DNA of 64,000 bases from Phycisphaerae bacterium (GTDB taxonomy: Bacteria > Planctomycetota > Phycisphaerae > Sedimentisphaerales > UBA12454), in assembly GCA_026386845.1 (NCBI GenBank), contig JAPLMW010000064.1:33427-97426 (forward strand), given 5' to 3'. The notes beneath the pieces were generated by a model that had not been told where the DNA came from, did not search any database, and worked only from the letters and a program-made list of their open reading frames with translations. Position 1 is the stretch's first letter, and each line of letters starts with the position of its first letter. The position numbers and the translations under genes are program-made. Positions 54,538 through 64,000 of the stretch are shown here, piece by piece.

Positions 54538-55761
54538 TTACTTTTTTATTATAGATTCAAAAACCGCCTCAAAATGCTTTGTTCCAATCTTCAAGGAAAG
54601 TTCCTGTTGGTAAAATTTTCTTCCATTCTCCCCCATCGCATCCAACTGCGACTGAGGCATTGATTGAAACTTTTCGACCACCTCTGCAATACTTCGGGGA
54701 TTGCCAGGCTCACATTTCAGCCCCGCATTAGCTTTTAAAACCAAATCTGCCGCATCCCCTTCTACTCCTACAAGGATTGGTTTTCCGACAGACAAGTAAG
54801 CCTGAATCTTTGATGGAATAGTTATTCTAAACAGGGGATTATCTTTCAACTGAACGAGCAATACGTCCGCCAAGCTTAGGATGCTTCCCATTTTAGATAC
54901 CGGCTGACGTCCAATGAACAATACATTTTTTAGCCTCATATCTTTGGTTTTTTGTTTGAGAAACTCTGTTTCACTGCCATCACCAACAAAAACAAATTGA
55001 ATGTTAGGGTGCTTAGGCTGCACTATATCTGCGGCATCAATAACCGTATCCAATATTTGCACATTACCTATATTTCCTGCAAACATGACATTGAAGCGGT
55101 TTCTCAGACCCAATTCATCTGCTAAAGCCATATCCTTCTCTACTAAACAAATGTTAGCATCATCACACCAGTTATATATGACTTCGATTTTATCTTCGGG
55201 GACACCTCTATTACATAGTTCTTTCTTAAATCCCGGATAAGGAACCACAATTTTCCCGGCAGCCCAATATAAAAATCGACAACAGTGGCCCGCCAGCCAA
55301 AACCCGAATCTATTATTAAACATACCTGATTCTAACAGTGAGTCCGGCCAAAAATCCTCAATATCATAAACAAAAGGAACGCCTCGTAATAACTGTAACA
55401 AACAAGCTGGCAGGCATGAGGTTGGAGGCGGGTGATAAACATAAGCCACATCTGGTTTGTTAACCGCCCAAAGACCTATTGCCGTTGCTGAAATACCGAA
55501 ACTGGCATAGCTTAAAAACCGCTTTACGCTTGATCTGTCACGGCTTGGATATAGCGGAACGCGCACTACTGGGACACCGTCCATTTCCTCTCGCTGCAGC
55601 AACTGGAGGTGATATCCCGGATAAATCTTACCATAAGGATGATTGGGAAAGCCCGTCAGCACTTCAACTTCGTGCCCCAATTCCATTAGCTTTTTTGCAA
55701 ACGGCAGACCTTTAAGGAATGGTTCGGGCTGAAACCATTGTGTAATCAATAAGATTCGCAT
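54538..55761 (-). CDS. GT4 glycosyltransferase, WbuB/WcaI-like
   Basis: 407 aa. MRILLITQWFQPEPFLKGLPFAKKLMELGHEVEVLTGFPNHPYGKIYPGY is typical of WbuB-type (L-FucNAc-type) transferases. Confidence 0.7.
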   Translation of the reverse strand: MRILLITQWFQPEPFLKGLPFAKKLMELGHEVEVLTGFPNHPYGKIYPGYHLQLLQREEMDGVPVVRVPLYPSRDRSSVKRFLSYASFGISATAIGLWAVNKPDVAYVYHPPPTSCLPACLLQLLRGVPFVYDIEDFWPDSLLESGMFNNRFGFWLAGHCCRFLYWAAGKIVVPYPGFKKELCNRGVPEDKIEVIYNWCDDANICLVEKDMALADELGLRNRFNVMFAGNIGNVQILDTVIDAADIVQPKHPNIQFVFVGDGSETEFLKQKTKDMRLKNVLFIGRQPVSKMGSILSLADVLLVQLKDNPLFRITIPSKIQAYLSVGKPILVGVEGDAADLVLKANAGLKCEPGNPRSIAEVVEKFQSMPQSQLDAMGENGRKFYQQELSLKIGTKHFEAVFESIIKK

Positions 55762-55827
55762 TTTTAGACAAAACCATTAAATTTAATATTGTCCCAGTCT
55801 TGTTTTATCGCTAAATATACAGAACAT

Positions 55828-56286
55828 TTATCTCAGTCGTTTTTGTTCTTCCGCCACATCATATCCTTCGAATGCAACATGTCTATACGTGTCTTCGTGG
55901 ACTGGATCATGTTGCTCAGACCCATATGACACTATCACAGCGACTTCTTTATGTTCATTTATTAAAGCATGCGCAGTTCCAGGCCCGGCATAAACAATTT
56001 TTGGATTTTTAGGCGATATCGTTACTGCCCTCTTGCCGCCTTTAGAATTGCTTAGCAACACAATAGCTTCTCCATGCACGCAAGTGAACCATTCTCTTTT
56101 ATTTAGATGGTAATGGTCGCCTCGGCGCTGGTGGGGCTCAATCGAAAATGTGTAGAGTTGTCCTTGTCCAGGAATTCGCGCATCCTTAAAACGTAATATT
56201 TCAAACAACATCCCCCGTGTATCTACATAACAAGTAAGATCGCGAACGTCAAACGGCTCTTTCCATTCCAATTCAAAAGTATCCAT
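55828..56286 (-). CDS. stand-alone cupin protein (CapF C-terminal / WxcM-like)
   Basis: 152 aa with a beta-barrel pattern containing RGDHYH...HG...H. It sits within the sugar-nucleotide operon. Confidence 0.5.
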   Translation of the reverse strand: MDTFELEWKEPFDVRDLTCYVDTRGMLFEILRFKDARIPGQGQLYTFSIEPHQRRGDHYHLNKREWFTCVHGEAIVLLSNSKGGKRAVTISPKNPKIVYAGPGTAHALINEHKEVAVIVSYGSEQHDPVHEDTYRHVAFEGYDVAEEQKRLR

Positions 56287-56338
56287 TTATTTCATACACC
56301 TTGCGACAATATAACAAAAATTACCGCACGATTCTATC

Positions 56339-57478
56339 TTATACGTGTTTCTTATTGGGATCTCCCCACGTTCTTTCATCTATCACCTTATTCATTCCGA
56401 GAATAATCCGGACAACCTTGGACGAAACATTCAAGGGTGTATACTCCACCGGCATTGGAGATTCATTAAGGTTCACAGGCTCAGAAGTCGCTATTTTCAC
56501 AGATGTAAGAACGCTCTCCGGCTCCAGGCCGGTTATTACACAATGTCCCGCATCAATGGATTCTGCCTTCTCGGTGGCCTTTCTTATAGCAATTGCCGGA
56601 AAGTTTAAAATACTCGAATCCTCGTGTATCGTGCCGCTATCGGAAACTACACAAAATGAGTTTATCTGGAGCGTGAGATAATCTATCAGACCGAAAGGCA
56701 CATGCCAGTTTATGCGACTGTCCGAGATATCAAAAAGTCCCTGAGTCTTCAGACGTTTCTGAGTGCGCGGATGTGTTGAAACAACAATCGGCATATTATA
56801 GCACTCTGCGAGCGCGTTATAACTCTTCACCATCTGGTCAAGACAGCCCTTCTTGTCCACATTCTCTTCTCTATGAATACTGGCGGTTATAAATTCCCTT
56901 TTCGTCAACTTTAATTCGTCAAGAATATGGGATTTGCTGAGTTTGTCACGCATATAAGCATAGACTTCGCGAATAGGACTCCCCGTAACAAAGATACGAC
57001 TCGGATGTATGCCTTCGCGAAGCAAGTTTCTCCGGCTGTATTCTGTATAAGCCAGGTCGAGGTCTGCCGTATGGTCCACTATACGGCGATTCAACTCTTC
57101 CGGAACATTCTCATCAAATGACCTATCGCCCGCTTCCATATGATATATAGGAATCTTCATACGTTTGGCGTTAATAACAGAAAGGGCCGAGTTTGTGTCA
57201 CCCAAAACCAGAACTGCATCCGGCCTGACCTTATCCATTATGGCGCCGGTTTTGCTGATAATATTGCCGAGCTGTTCATACAAGGTATCGGCTTTGACAT
57301 CCAGAACGTAATCGGGGTCGCGAAGTTCCAAATCTTCAAAGAAAACTTTATTGAGTTCATAATCATAATTCTGGCCCGTATGCACCAAGATATGGTCGCA
57401 ATACTTGTCCAGTTTTTTTATTACACATGCCAATCGTATAATTTCCGGCCTCGTTCCTACAATCGTCATTACTTTCAT
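56339..57478 (-). CDS. UDP-N-acetylhexosamine 2-epimerase (non-hydrolysing, WecB/FnlC/CapG-like)
   Basis: MKVMTIVGTRPEIIRL..., VLGDTNS, DSGTIHEDS. The start was chosen at 57478 to avoid overlap with the upstream gene. Confidence 0.85.
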   Translation of the reverse strand: MKVMTIVGTRPEIIRLACVIKKLDKYCDHILVHTGQNYDYELNKVFFEDLELRDPDYVLDVKADTLYEQLGNIISKTGAIMDKVRPDAVLVLGDTNSALSVINAKRMKIPIYHMEAGDRSFDENVPEELNRRIVDHTADLDLAYTEYSRRNLLREGIHPSRIFVTGSPIREVYAYMRDKLSKSHILDELKLTKREFITASIHREENVDKKGCLDQMVKSYNALAECYNMPIVVSTHPRTQKRLKTQGLFDISDSRINWHVPFGLIDYLTLQINSFCVVSDSGTIHEDSSILNFPAIAIRKATEKAESIDAGHCVITGLEPESVLTSVKIATSEPVNLNESPMPVEYTPLNVSSKVVRIILGMNKVIDERTWGDPNKKHV

Positions 57479-57510
57479 TCTTTGTTTCCTTTTGAATAAA
57501 TTATCTTCGC

Positions 57511-58617
57511 CTACCATCCGCGCCGAATAATATCGCAGATACGCCCGACTTCATCTTCAGTGACCCACCATCCGCATGGCAAAGAAAGCTCTCGCTCAGA
57601 AAAAGCATCCACATTTGGAAGGTGTCGTTTGGACATCGAAAACATACTATATACATCATTTCTCGGATGTATCTGCCCGGAAGCTATCCCTTCACGAGCT
57701 AATTTCTTGATCAACGACTGGCGGTTTTCCACGATTATACAATATGCCCAGAAAATGGAATAATCATTCTTCAGGTCGCGTTTGACCAATGTTACACCAG
57801 GAACATTTTTAAGTAATTTCGAAAAAAGAACACCATTGCGGTGAAAACATTCGTTTAGTCTTTCTGTATGCTTTATGTTTTCAAGACCAATTGCTGCGGC
57901 TATATCGTTCATGTTGAACTTATAACCCCATTCCCTCACATCTCGAAGCCAAGGATTTCCGCCTTCCTGATTCTGCCGGTCCACCCCGAACCACTTAAGC
58001 CTTTTTGCACGAGCAAAGTCTTCCTTGCTTTTACAGGCCAAGGCTCCGCCGTCACCCGTAGTCATATGTTTGATGGCCTGAAAAGAAAAACAGGCATAAT
58101 CTCCATGGTTGCCGATCTTGATTCCTTTATACTTGGCGCCGAAAGCATGTGCGCAATCCTCGACAACTTTTATATTATGTTTCCTTGCGATAGAAAGTAT
58201 TTCATCTAACCGTGCGGGGTCACCCTCTTTATGAAGAACGCATATTGCTTTTGTTCGTTCACTTATCAGATGCTTGATATCATTGGGATCCACCATGCCT
58301 GTTTCAGGGTCCGAATCTGCCCAAACCGGAATACCTCCCAGCTCAAGAATTGGAACATTGCTGGCTACGCAGGTTAATGGGGTTGATATAACTTCCGTAC
58401 CAGGACCTACCCCTGCTAAACGGAAAGCAACCGTTAGTGCAGATGTGCAGGAATTAAGCAGAACAGTATTTGGATTCCCGATAAATTTGGAAACTTCCTG
58501 TGTCAGGCGTAATACGTTTTCGCCTTCTGCTACATAGCCGGAATAGAGGGTTTTCTTCACAGCCATCTCTACGGAATCGGCCATAAAAACTCTAAATAAA
58601 GGCGTTGATATGTTCAT
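57511..58617 (-). CDS. DegT/DnrJ/EryC1-family PLP-dependent sugar aminotransferase
   Basis: 368 aa. NSCTSALTVA, and the SFQAIKHMTTGDGG PLP-lysine region. Confidence 0.85.
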   Translation of the reverse strand: MNISTPLFRVFMADSVEMAVKKTLYSGYVAEGENVLRLTQEVSKFIGNPNTVLLNSCTSALTVAFRLAGVGPGTEVISTPLTCVASNVPILELGGIPVWADSDPETGMVDPNDIKHLISERTKAICVLHKEGDPARLDEILSIARKHNIKVVEDCAHAFGAKYKGIKIGNHGDYACFSFQAIKHMTTGDGGALACKSKEDFARAKRLKWFGVDRQNQEGGNPWLRDVREWGYKFNMNDIAAAIGLENIKHTERLNECFHRNGVLFSKLLKNVPGVTLVKRDLKNDYSIFWAYCIIVENRQSLIKKLAREGIASGQIHPRNDVYSMFSMSKRHLPNVDAFSERELSLPCGWWVTEDEVGRICDIIRRGW

Positions 58618-58653
58618 AAAATTTTAATCTCCTATGTAAAATGCCAAGTATAT

Positions 58654-59688
58654 TTAACCCCAGCCTTTCAGCTCTTTTTGTATTTCAGGCAGACTCAGGA
58701 GAAGTTCCTCAACCTGCTTAACATTCAATCTCGTGGTATTATGTGAGTTATATTCCTCAAGCTCAACCTCTTTTTTGTCGCCTTCGGTAAAATAAAGGGC
58801 GTAATTCAGGTTACGGTCATCAAGCGAAATGCGATAATAATCTACCATATCTTCTGCTCTGCGAAGTTCTTCCTTGGTAACCAGCGTTTCATACAGTTTC
58901 TCTCCGTGGCGTATTCCAATAGTTTTCACAGGAACATCGGAATGAAATACATTTTTGACTGCCTGCACCAAATCGGCCACCGTACAAGCCGGCGCTTTCT
59001 TGACAAACAAATCGCCCGGTTTTGCATGTTGAAAAGCAAAAAGCACCAAATCCACTGAATAACGCAACGGCAGAAGGAACCGCGTCATCTCCGGCACGGT
59101 AATAGTGATTGGTTTGTGCTGCTTTATCTGCTGAATAAACAAAGGAATAACCGAACCCCGCGTGCACATTACATTGCCATATCTGACACAGGATACCACT
59201 GTACCGGTAGAATTTTTAGTTCTGGCAAAAGCCTGCGCAACTTTCTCCATTAGCGCCTTTGTCATACCCATAACGTTAATAGGATAAACGGCTTTATCTG
59301 TACTAAGACAAACTATACCTGTTACACCGTTAGCAATCGCTGATTCTATTACGTTATGGCCGCCGATGATATTAGTCAGCACCGCCTGCATAGGGAAAAA
59401 CTCACAAGATGGCACCTGCTTTAGTGCGGCAGCGTGAAAAACATAATCCACGCCTTTCATCACATTATCAACGCTATCGCGGTCGCGCACATCACCAATA
59501 TAAAAATTCAGCTTCAAGTTATTATACTCAATTCGCATTAATTCCTGTTTGAGTTCATCCCTGCTGAATATTCTTATCTCTTTTACATCAATTTCTAAAA
59601 GCCTGTTGACCATCGCTCCCCCAAAAGAACCTGTGCCGCCTGTGACGAGGATGGTCTTTCCAGCTAACCGTTTCATATAACTCTCCAT
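58654..59688 (-). CDS. UDP-GlcNAc 4,6-dehydratase/5-epimerase, FnlA/CapE type
   Basis: 344 aa. TILVTGGTGSFG. STDKAVYPINVMGMTKAL has Met in place of the SDR Tyr (MxxxK), the hallmark of the CapE/FnlA subgroup. Confidence 0.75.
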   Translation of the reverse strand: MESYMKRLAGKTILVTGGTGSFGGAMVNRLLEIDVKEIRIFSRDELKQELMRIEYNNLKLNFYIGDVRDRDSVDNVMKGVDYVFHAAALKQVPSCEFFPMQAVLTNIIGGHNVIESAIANGVTGIVCLSTDKAVYPINVMGMTKALMEKVAQAFARTKNSTGTVVSCVRYGNVMCTRGSVIPLFIQQIKQHKPITITVPEMTRFLLPLRYSVDLVLFAFQHAKPGDLFVKKAPACTVADLVQAVKNVFHSDVPVKTIGIRHGEKLYETLVTKEELRRAEDMVDYYRISLDDRNLNYALYFTEGDKKEVELEEYNSHNTTRLNVKQVEELLLSLPEIQKELKGWG

Positions 59689-59835
59689 ATATAAGTTCGA
59701 AAACCAGTAATTATGCCATTATAATCGTTCCGGCACAACTGAATATTTCTATGCAAATGGGTGTCAGACTTTCTCATCAAAAACGAGCATAATACGCTTT
59801 CGGCTATACTGCCCATTTGTGCGTTTCTATTAAGA

Positions 59836-60495
59836 CTATAGGGGTTCTTGTGATTCTGCCGCCAGAATCTTCTGCATCATCAGGTATGACTCCCCCTCGG
59901 CATTTTTAGACTTAATAAGCCTGTCAATCGATTCGTTATGCAGTTTCTGCTGTTCAGGCGTAAATCTGTAGCGAATCAGCTTTGCGGGCACACCGCCAAC
60001 AACGGCATACGGCGGCACATCTTTGGTAACAACGGACCCGGCAGCAACAATTGCACCGCGTCCGATTTTAACGCCGGACATAATTATAGTGCCGTGACCT
60101 ACCCAGACATCGTCTTCAATAATGGTGAGCAGTTTTTCCTTTGTGTCGCGGCCGGTAAATCTTGTCGGCACACCGACCATATCAAAGCGATGGTCGCCGC
60201 CAACAACAGCCACATTTGTGGCAATCATCGTGAAATGGCCTATTTGCACATTAGCGTAAAAATGGGCTTTGGCTCCGATAAAAACATAATCACCGATGCT
60301 TACAGAATTCTTTTTGAAAATCGATGTGGTGTCGCAGATGGTAAAGCACTTGCCTACTGATTTGAAACGGTAGCCGCGAATTATGCCTATCAGCAAAACA
60401 AGTCGCCACTTTTGCCACCTTAGCCACATCACCAATTTTTGGGTTAGTGATAAATCTGTTTTCATCTCTATTTTCTCGACCGAATCTGTATGCAT
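59836..60495 (-). CDS. hexapeptide-repeat (left-handed beta-helix) acetyltransferase
   Basis: The C-terminal part [46 protein letters not shown] is typical of LbH O/N-acetyltransferases. Confidence 0.8.
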   Translation of the reverse strand: MHTDSVEKIEMKTDLSLTQKLVMWLRWQKWRLVLLIGIIRGYRFKSVGKCFTICDTTSIFKKNSVSIGDYVFIGAKAHFYANVQIGHFTMIATNVAVVGGDHRFDMVGVPTRFTGRDTKEKLLTIIEDDVWVGHGTIIMSGVKIGRGAIVAAGSVVTKDVPPYAVVGGVPAKLIRYRFTPEQQKLHNESIDRLIKSKNAEGESYLMMQKILAAESQEPL

Positions 60496-61646
60496 TACTC
60501 CGATATCGATTTATAAAATTCCACTAAGTGCTTCTCAATAATACCCCAATTGTATTTTTCAATAAACGCTTTTTGTCCTTTCTCGCCCATTTCTATGGCA
60601 AGTTGCGGATTATCAACCAGCTTGATAATAGCCTCAGCATATTCATTCGGATCATCCGGCGATACCAAAATCCCGCAACCCTCATTTCCAACATATTTAA
60701 CGCTGGGCGGCAAATCAGACGCAACAATAGGAACTGCCTGAGACATATATTCAAAGAACTTTGTTGGTACAGCAACATAGTTCTGGTTGATATTTTGAAT
60801 TGGACTCAATCCTATTCCGCCTTGTCGCACAACTTTTGGAAGTTCCTTCCCGCTGACATTTGGGATAAACTGGATGACATCCTGATAATCAGGCAAAGCC
60901 ATTTTCTGCATCATCACGTCTTGCTGATATTTTACCAAAAATCGACGTGTAACAATAATTTGAATATCAGGTCGCGTTTTTTTTATCTGTTTTGCGATAT
61001 CCAATAATATTAACGAACCTTTTCTGGGGTCTAATGTCCCGATAAATAATACTGTTTTGCGCCGTTCTTTCCATTCCTCTTCGGAAACTGGTGTAGGAAC
61101 GAACTCTTCTATCGATGCATAATTTGGCGTATAAACAGTTTTGCAGCCAAGTCTGGAAAATCTCCTGATATGCTCTTCGTAAACTGCCGAAATTCGTCCT
61201 ATTATAACCCCGCAAATAGTTTCCATAAGCCAAATACAGACAGATGCTACTTGCCGTAACGGCCAAATGTTGGGCAGTTTCTCAAACTGATTTATATGGA
61301 AAAATTCATGAATGTCGTATATAACCGGCTTGAAAGTAAATATTCTTAAAAAAACTGCTGGAATAAGCAGGTCAGGGTCATGAAAATGGTAAATATCTGC
61401 CTTTTGCTTATAGGCTTCATAGACAATTCTTAAAATCACTCGTATTCTCTGCCACTTCGATGCCCATTTCTTTATTCCAATTACTTTCACGCCGTCTTCT
61501 TCGTAATCGCCGTTTGGGGAAGCGCCGATTAAAGTAACATCCCAGCCATTTCTTTGTAAAGAACAGCATTGACGATTAAAGATGCGAAGATCCTTTGTTG
61601 GGTGCATTGTAAATACACAAACCCTTCTTTTCTTTAATTCAGCCAT
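60495..61646 (-). CDS. GT-B glycosyltransferase (GT4-like)
   Basis: 383 aa. The C-terminal part has [19 protein letters not shown] (E-x7-E-like). Confidence 0.7.
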   Translation of the reverse strand: MAELKKRRVCVFTMHPTKDLRIFNRQCCSLQRNGWDVTLIGASPNGDYEEDGVKVIGIKKWASKWQRIRVILRIVYEAYKQKADIYHFHDPDLLIPAVFLRIFTFKPVIYDIHEFFHINQFEKLPNIWPLRQVASVCIWLMETICGVIIGRISAVYEEHIRRFSRLGCKTVYTPNYASIEEFVPTPVSEEEWKERRKTVLFIGTLDPRKGSLILLDIAKQIKKTRPDIQIIVTRRFLVKYQQDVMMQKMALPDYQDVIQFIPNVSGKELPKVVRQGGIGLSPIQNINQNYVAVPTKFFEYMSQAVPIVASDLPPSVKYVGNEGCGILVSPDDPNEYAEAIIKLVDNPQLAIEMGEKGQKAFIEKYNWGIIEKHLVEFYKSISE

Positions 61647-61713
61647 AAGCCTTTCTGTCCTTTTTAATGTAAATGAAACTTTTTATATAGGTCTTGCCAC
61701 ATCAAAAGTGATG

Positions 61714-62859
61714 CTACTTGTCAAAACCCAGGTCTTCTAAGTGTTTAACACCTGTTGCGCCACGAACGTAAGCTATAAAATGTTTACCCCACGCCGGTGT
61801 CTTGTGATAAAAAGGCGAGGGAAAAAAAGTAATTATTTTTGTATGCTCGTAAGGAGCATATATTTCAGGATATCTTGCAAACCACGGATGGTTTAATTCA
61901 AATCCCAGCAGATATGAATAAATCAAATCATAATCCCAATCGTCAGTCCAATTGTTTTCCGTTTCGAGCCCGCGTTGATACCCTGCGGCAAGTGCTACCC
62001 CTATTGTCACCTCTTCAATGCCAAGCTCTTTCGCCAAAGTATAAGTCCTTCGGTATTGTTCGCGCATCAATTCTTGTTCGGGAACCCTGAAAAACGCAGT
62101 AGAAAGAGGTGACTTTATTTCCTTACCCGTAAAATAAGGTGTTTTGCCCCACCTGGTGCCGCCCAATTTCAAAACTCCACGGCAATGCCATTGAATTCTC
62201 ACATCCGGTAAGATTGATTCTGCCTTAAGATGTATTGCATCAAGAGCTTGACGCATTCCCTCGTTCCAAGCCTCATCTCCTTCCTTTTCAGTAAGACGTT
62301 CATTAGCTAATAATAAGGCACCTATTTTCACATCGGTGCCATATTTCTTGTTTGCATTGTCCACCCATTCTTTGACCTTCATTATCCGCTCGGCAAAAAA
62401 ATCAATTTCAGCATAGTAAGTAGGCCCCCTGTCAGTCGGAGGCAGGTCTTTGCCGAATTTCCTATGCCAGGGGCTATAGTTAACTCCTATTGAACAGGGT
62501 ATGGCTGGTTTAGTCTTGTTAATTCTGGCACATGTGTAAACACAATTGTCAATCTGCTTCTCAGTACACCATTCACCGCGAACATTCAAAGAATGCATTA
62601 TCCTTGCCAATTCATACAGAAGGCTGCTTCCATACTCATTAAGCAAATTGTCTTCCAGGTTCCATGAAAAGTGTATTTTGGGCAAAGGTTTCAAGTCGCG
62701 TAATTTAGCCATAATATTGGGGTCAATTCTGCTCGACCCAGATGCTGGCTTTTGAGCACACTGTGCGATATTCGCGGTTATGAAAAAGCAAGTACATACC
62801 AATTGAATGAGAGACTTTCTTAAATATGACCGCTCACCATTGTTTATGCAAATATTCAT
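61714..62859 (-). CDS. secreted hypothetical protein in glycan locus
   Basis: The start was chosen at MNICINN (62859), downstream of the GT2 stop. It has a hydrophobic signal-like segment LIQLVCTCFFITANIAQCA. No family was recognised. Confidence 0.5.
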   Translation of the reverse strand: MNICINNGERSYLRKSLIQLVCTCFFITANIAQCAQKPASGSSRIDPNIMAKLRDLKPLPKIHFSWNLEDNLLNEYGSSLLYELARIMHSLNVRGEWCTEKQIDNCVYTCARINKTKPAIPCSIGVNYSPWHRKFGKDLPPTDRGPTYYAEIDFFAERIMKVKEWVDNANKKYGTDVKIGALLLANERLTEKEGDEAWNEGMRQALDAIHLKAESILPDVRIQWHCRGVLKLGGTRWGKTPYFTGKEIKSPLSTAFFRVPEQELMREQYRRTYTLAKELGIEEVTIGVALAAGYQRGLETENNWTDDWDYDLIYSYLLGFELNHPWFARYPEIYAPYEHTKIITFFPSPFYHKTPAWGKHFIAYVRGATGVKHLEDLGFDK

Positions 62860-62876
62860 ACTATAATCCCCGATAA

Positions 62877-63719
62877 TCACGATTGTAATATTCTGGAAAA
62901 CGCCCTTCGACAAACACCACGAAGGACATACATCCCATCCCCCTGAAGCAGAAACCAATATGCCCGATATACCTGCATTGCAAGCATAACAAGCTTCTCG
63001 GGAAAGCCTTTGCATACTTGTTTCAAATACTTTTCTCTAATCTGACAGTGTTCAATTTGTTGGATGCTGAGACTCGTATTGGATTTTGAGCTGCAATGCC
63101 AGCGAAATTTTGCAAGATGCTTCCTGATATGTTTAGCCTTTATGCATCCTCCAATTCGACAAAAAAAATCGTAGTCCATACAGAAATATTTGGATTCATC
63201 AAGGTAACCGTGCTTTTCAAAAAGAGTGCGCCTCCAAAAGGATGCTGGTTGAACAAAAATACTTCCCAGAACAACCAAAGCAGTGAAGCTAAAACGTGTG
63301 TGTCTGTTATCTCGCAAGATATTGCCGTTTTCGTCTATATCGAAGCTGTCGCCAAATATAATATCAGCACTTGGATTGTCTGCGAAAGTTTGCGCTGCTG
63401 CTTCAAGCGCTCCCTGGCAATATTCGTCATCACTATTCAACCAGGCTACGATTTCGCCGGTGGCTTTCTTAAAACCCTTGTTCAGAGCATTTGCTTGACC
63501 ATTGTCTTTTTCGCTTACCCAGTAAGTCAACTTATCAGCGTATTTTCTGATAATATCAACGGAATTATCCGTGCTGCCGCCGTCAATTACCATATATTCA
63601 AGATTTGGGTAGTTTTGTGCGAGCACTGAACGAATCGTTCTCTCTAAAAACTTCCCTTGATTATACGATGGCGTAACCACGGTTATTTTAGGTTGGCTTG
63701 TTGTTGTTGTTTTGGGCAT
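62877..63719 (-). CDS. GT2 glycosyltransferase
   Basis: ITVVTPSYNQGKFLERTIRSVLAQNYPNLEYMVIDGGSTDNS, and NSDD (DxD-like). Confidence 0.88.
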   Translation of the reverse strand: MPKTTTTSQPKITVVTPSYNQGKFLERTIRSVLAQNYPNLEYMVIDGGSTDNSVDIIRKYADKLTYWVSEKDNGQANALNKGFKKATGEIVAWLNSDDEYCQGALEAAAQTFADNPSADIIFGDSFDIDENGNILRDNRHTRFSFTALVVLGSIFVQPASFWRRTLFEKHGYLDESKYFCMDYDFFCRIGGCIKAKHIRKHLAKFRWHCSSKSNTSLSIQQIEHCQIREKYLKQVCKGFPEKLVMLAMQVYRAYWFLLQGDGMYVLRGVCRRAFSRILQS

Positions 63720-63726
63720 AATATCC

Positions 63727-64000
63727 TTAAAATGAACTTTTGTTCAGGGTTTGGCCGAAAACTGGTTTAGTTACCACCGTCTTTTTTAGTACTAATCTCA
63801 TAACTAGCAATCGCTTCAGCATAGTTTTATGATCAATAATAGGAAATATATTTAATATCTTATTGGTCAACCATCCTCCCTTTAGCAATATAAAAGCAAT
63901 TCTGCTCGGTAAAATCCTCGGGCTATATTTGTGATGCTTCCAGCTGCGAATATCTAATAGCAGTTTCAATATTACTTCTTGTGGTATCAGGTCATCAAGC
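63727..64000 (-). CDS. hypothetical protein, C-terminal part (5' end outside window)
   Basis: The frame stays open to the window edge. No motif was recognised. Confidence 0.35.
   Translation of the reverse strand, partial: LDDLIPQEVILKLLLDIRSWKHHKYSPRILPSRIAFILLKGGWLTNKILNIFPIIDHKTMLKRLLVMRLVLKKTVVTKPVFGQTLNKSSF

Overview
This 64-kb window looks like a chromosomal segment from a PVC-type (Planctomycetota/Phycisphaerae-like) bacterium. That assignment is inferred only from gene content (PEP-CTERM-type EPS genes, a dockerin-like tail remnant, PSP1, CsrA) and I cannot verify it here.

Housekeeping genes:
- trpB (3' part) and trpA.
- A glycogen operon: debranching enzyme, GH57, and a glycogen-synthase-like GT.
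- pheT.
- A tmk-holB-PSP1-metG block.
- thyX.
- A fused homocysteine S-methyltransferase/MTHFR gene.
- purE, hisH-hisF, a cyclophilin and a Na/Pi transporter.

The last third (about 42.1-64.0 kb) is a large, AT-richer surface-polysaccharide locus. It holds two phosphoglycosyl transferases, several GTs, PEP-CTERM-type deacetylase and FemAB-like genes, and an FnlA/CapE-type sugar-nucleotide module.

I found no rRNA, tRNA or CRISPR array by eye.

Most interesting observations:
1. An AT-rich two-gene cassette at 9990-11501 pairs a stand-alone SIR2-like protein with an unrecognisable 174-aa partner. It is embedded in a dense mosaic of hairpin repeats and sits next to an HNH-AP2 endonuclease. This is a candidate novel defence module.
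2. A RAYT/IS200-like HUH transposase is flanked on both sides by a composite two-hairpin REP element. A third copy sits in-frame in the interdomain linker of the methionine-cycle fusion gene.
3. Four tandem ~110-114-nt structured repeats at 30393-30813 show compensatory stem changes. Each ends in GGGAGGAGGAG (CUCCUCCUCCC on the other strand). They lie between a degenerate receiver-domain gene and a 571-aa transglutaminase-like gene. The same motif recurs in hairpin loops at 16963-17150.
4. A bacterial histone-fold (DUF1931-type) gene.
5. Several decay or rearrangement scars: a miaA remnant fused to a dockerin-like tail, and an in-frame TAG in an EPS-locus gene.

All functional calls rest on motif recognition by eye. 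No database search was run.
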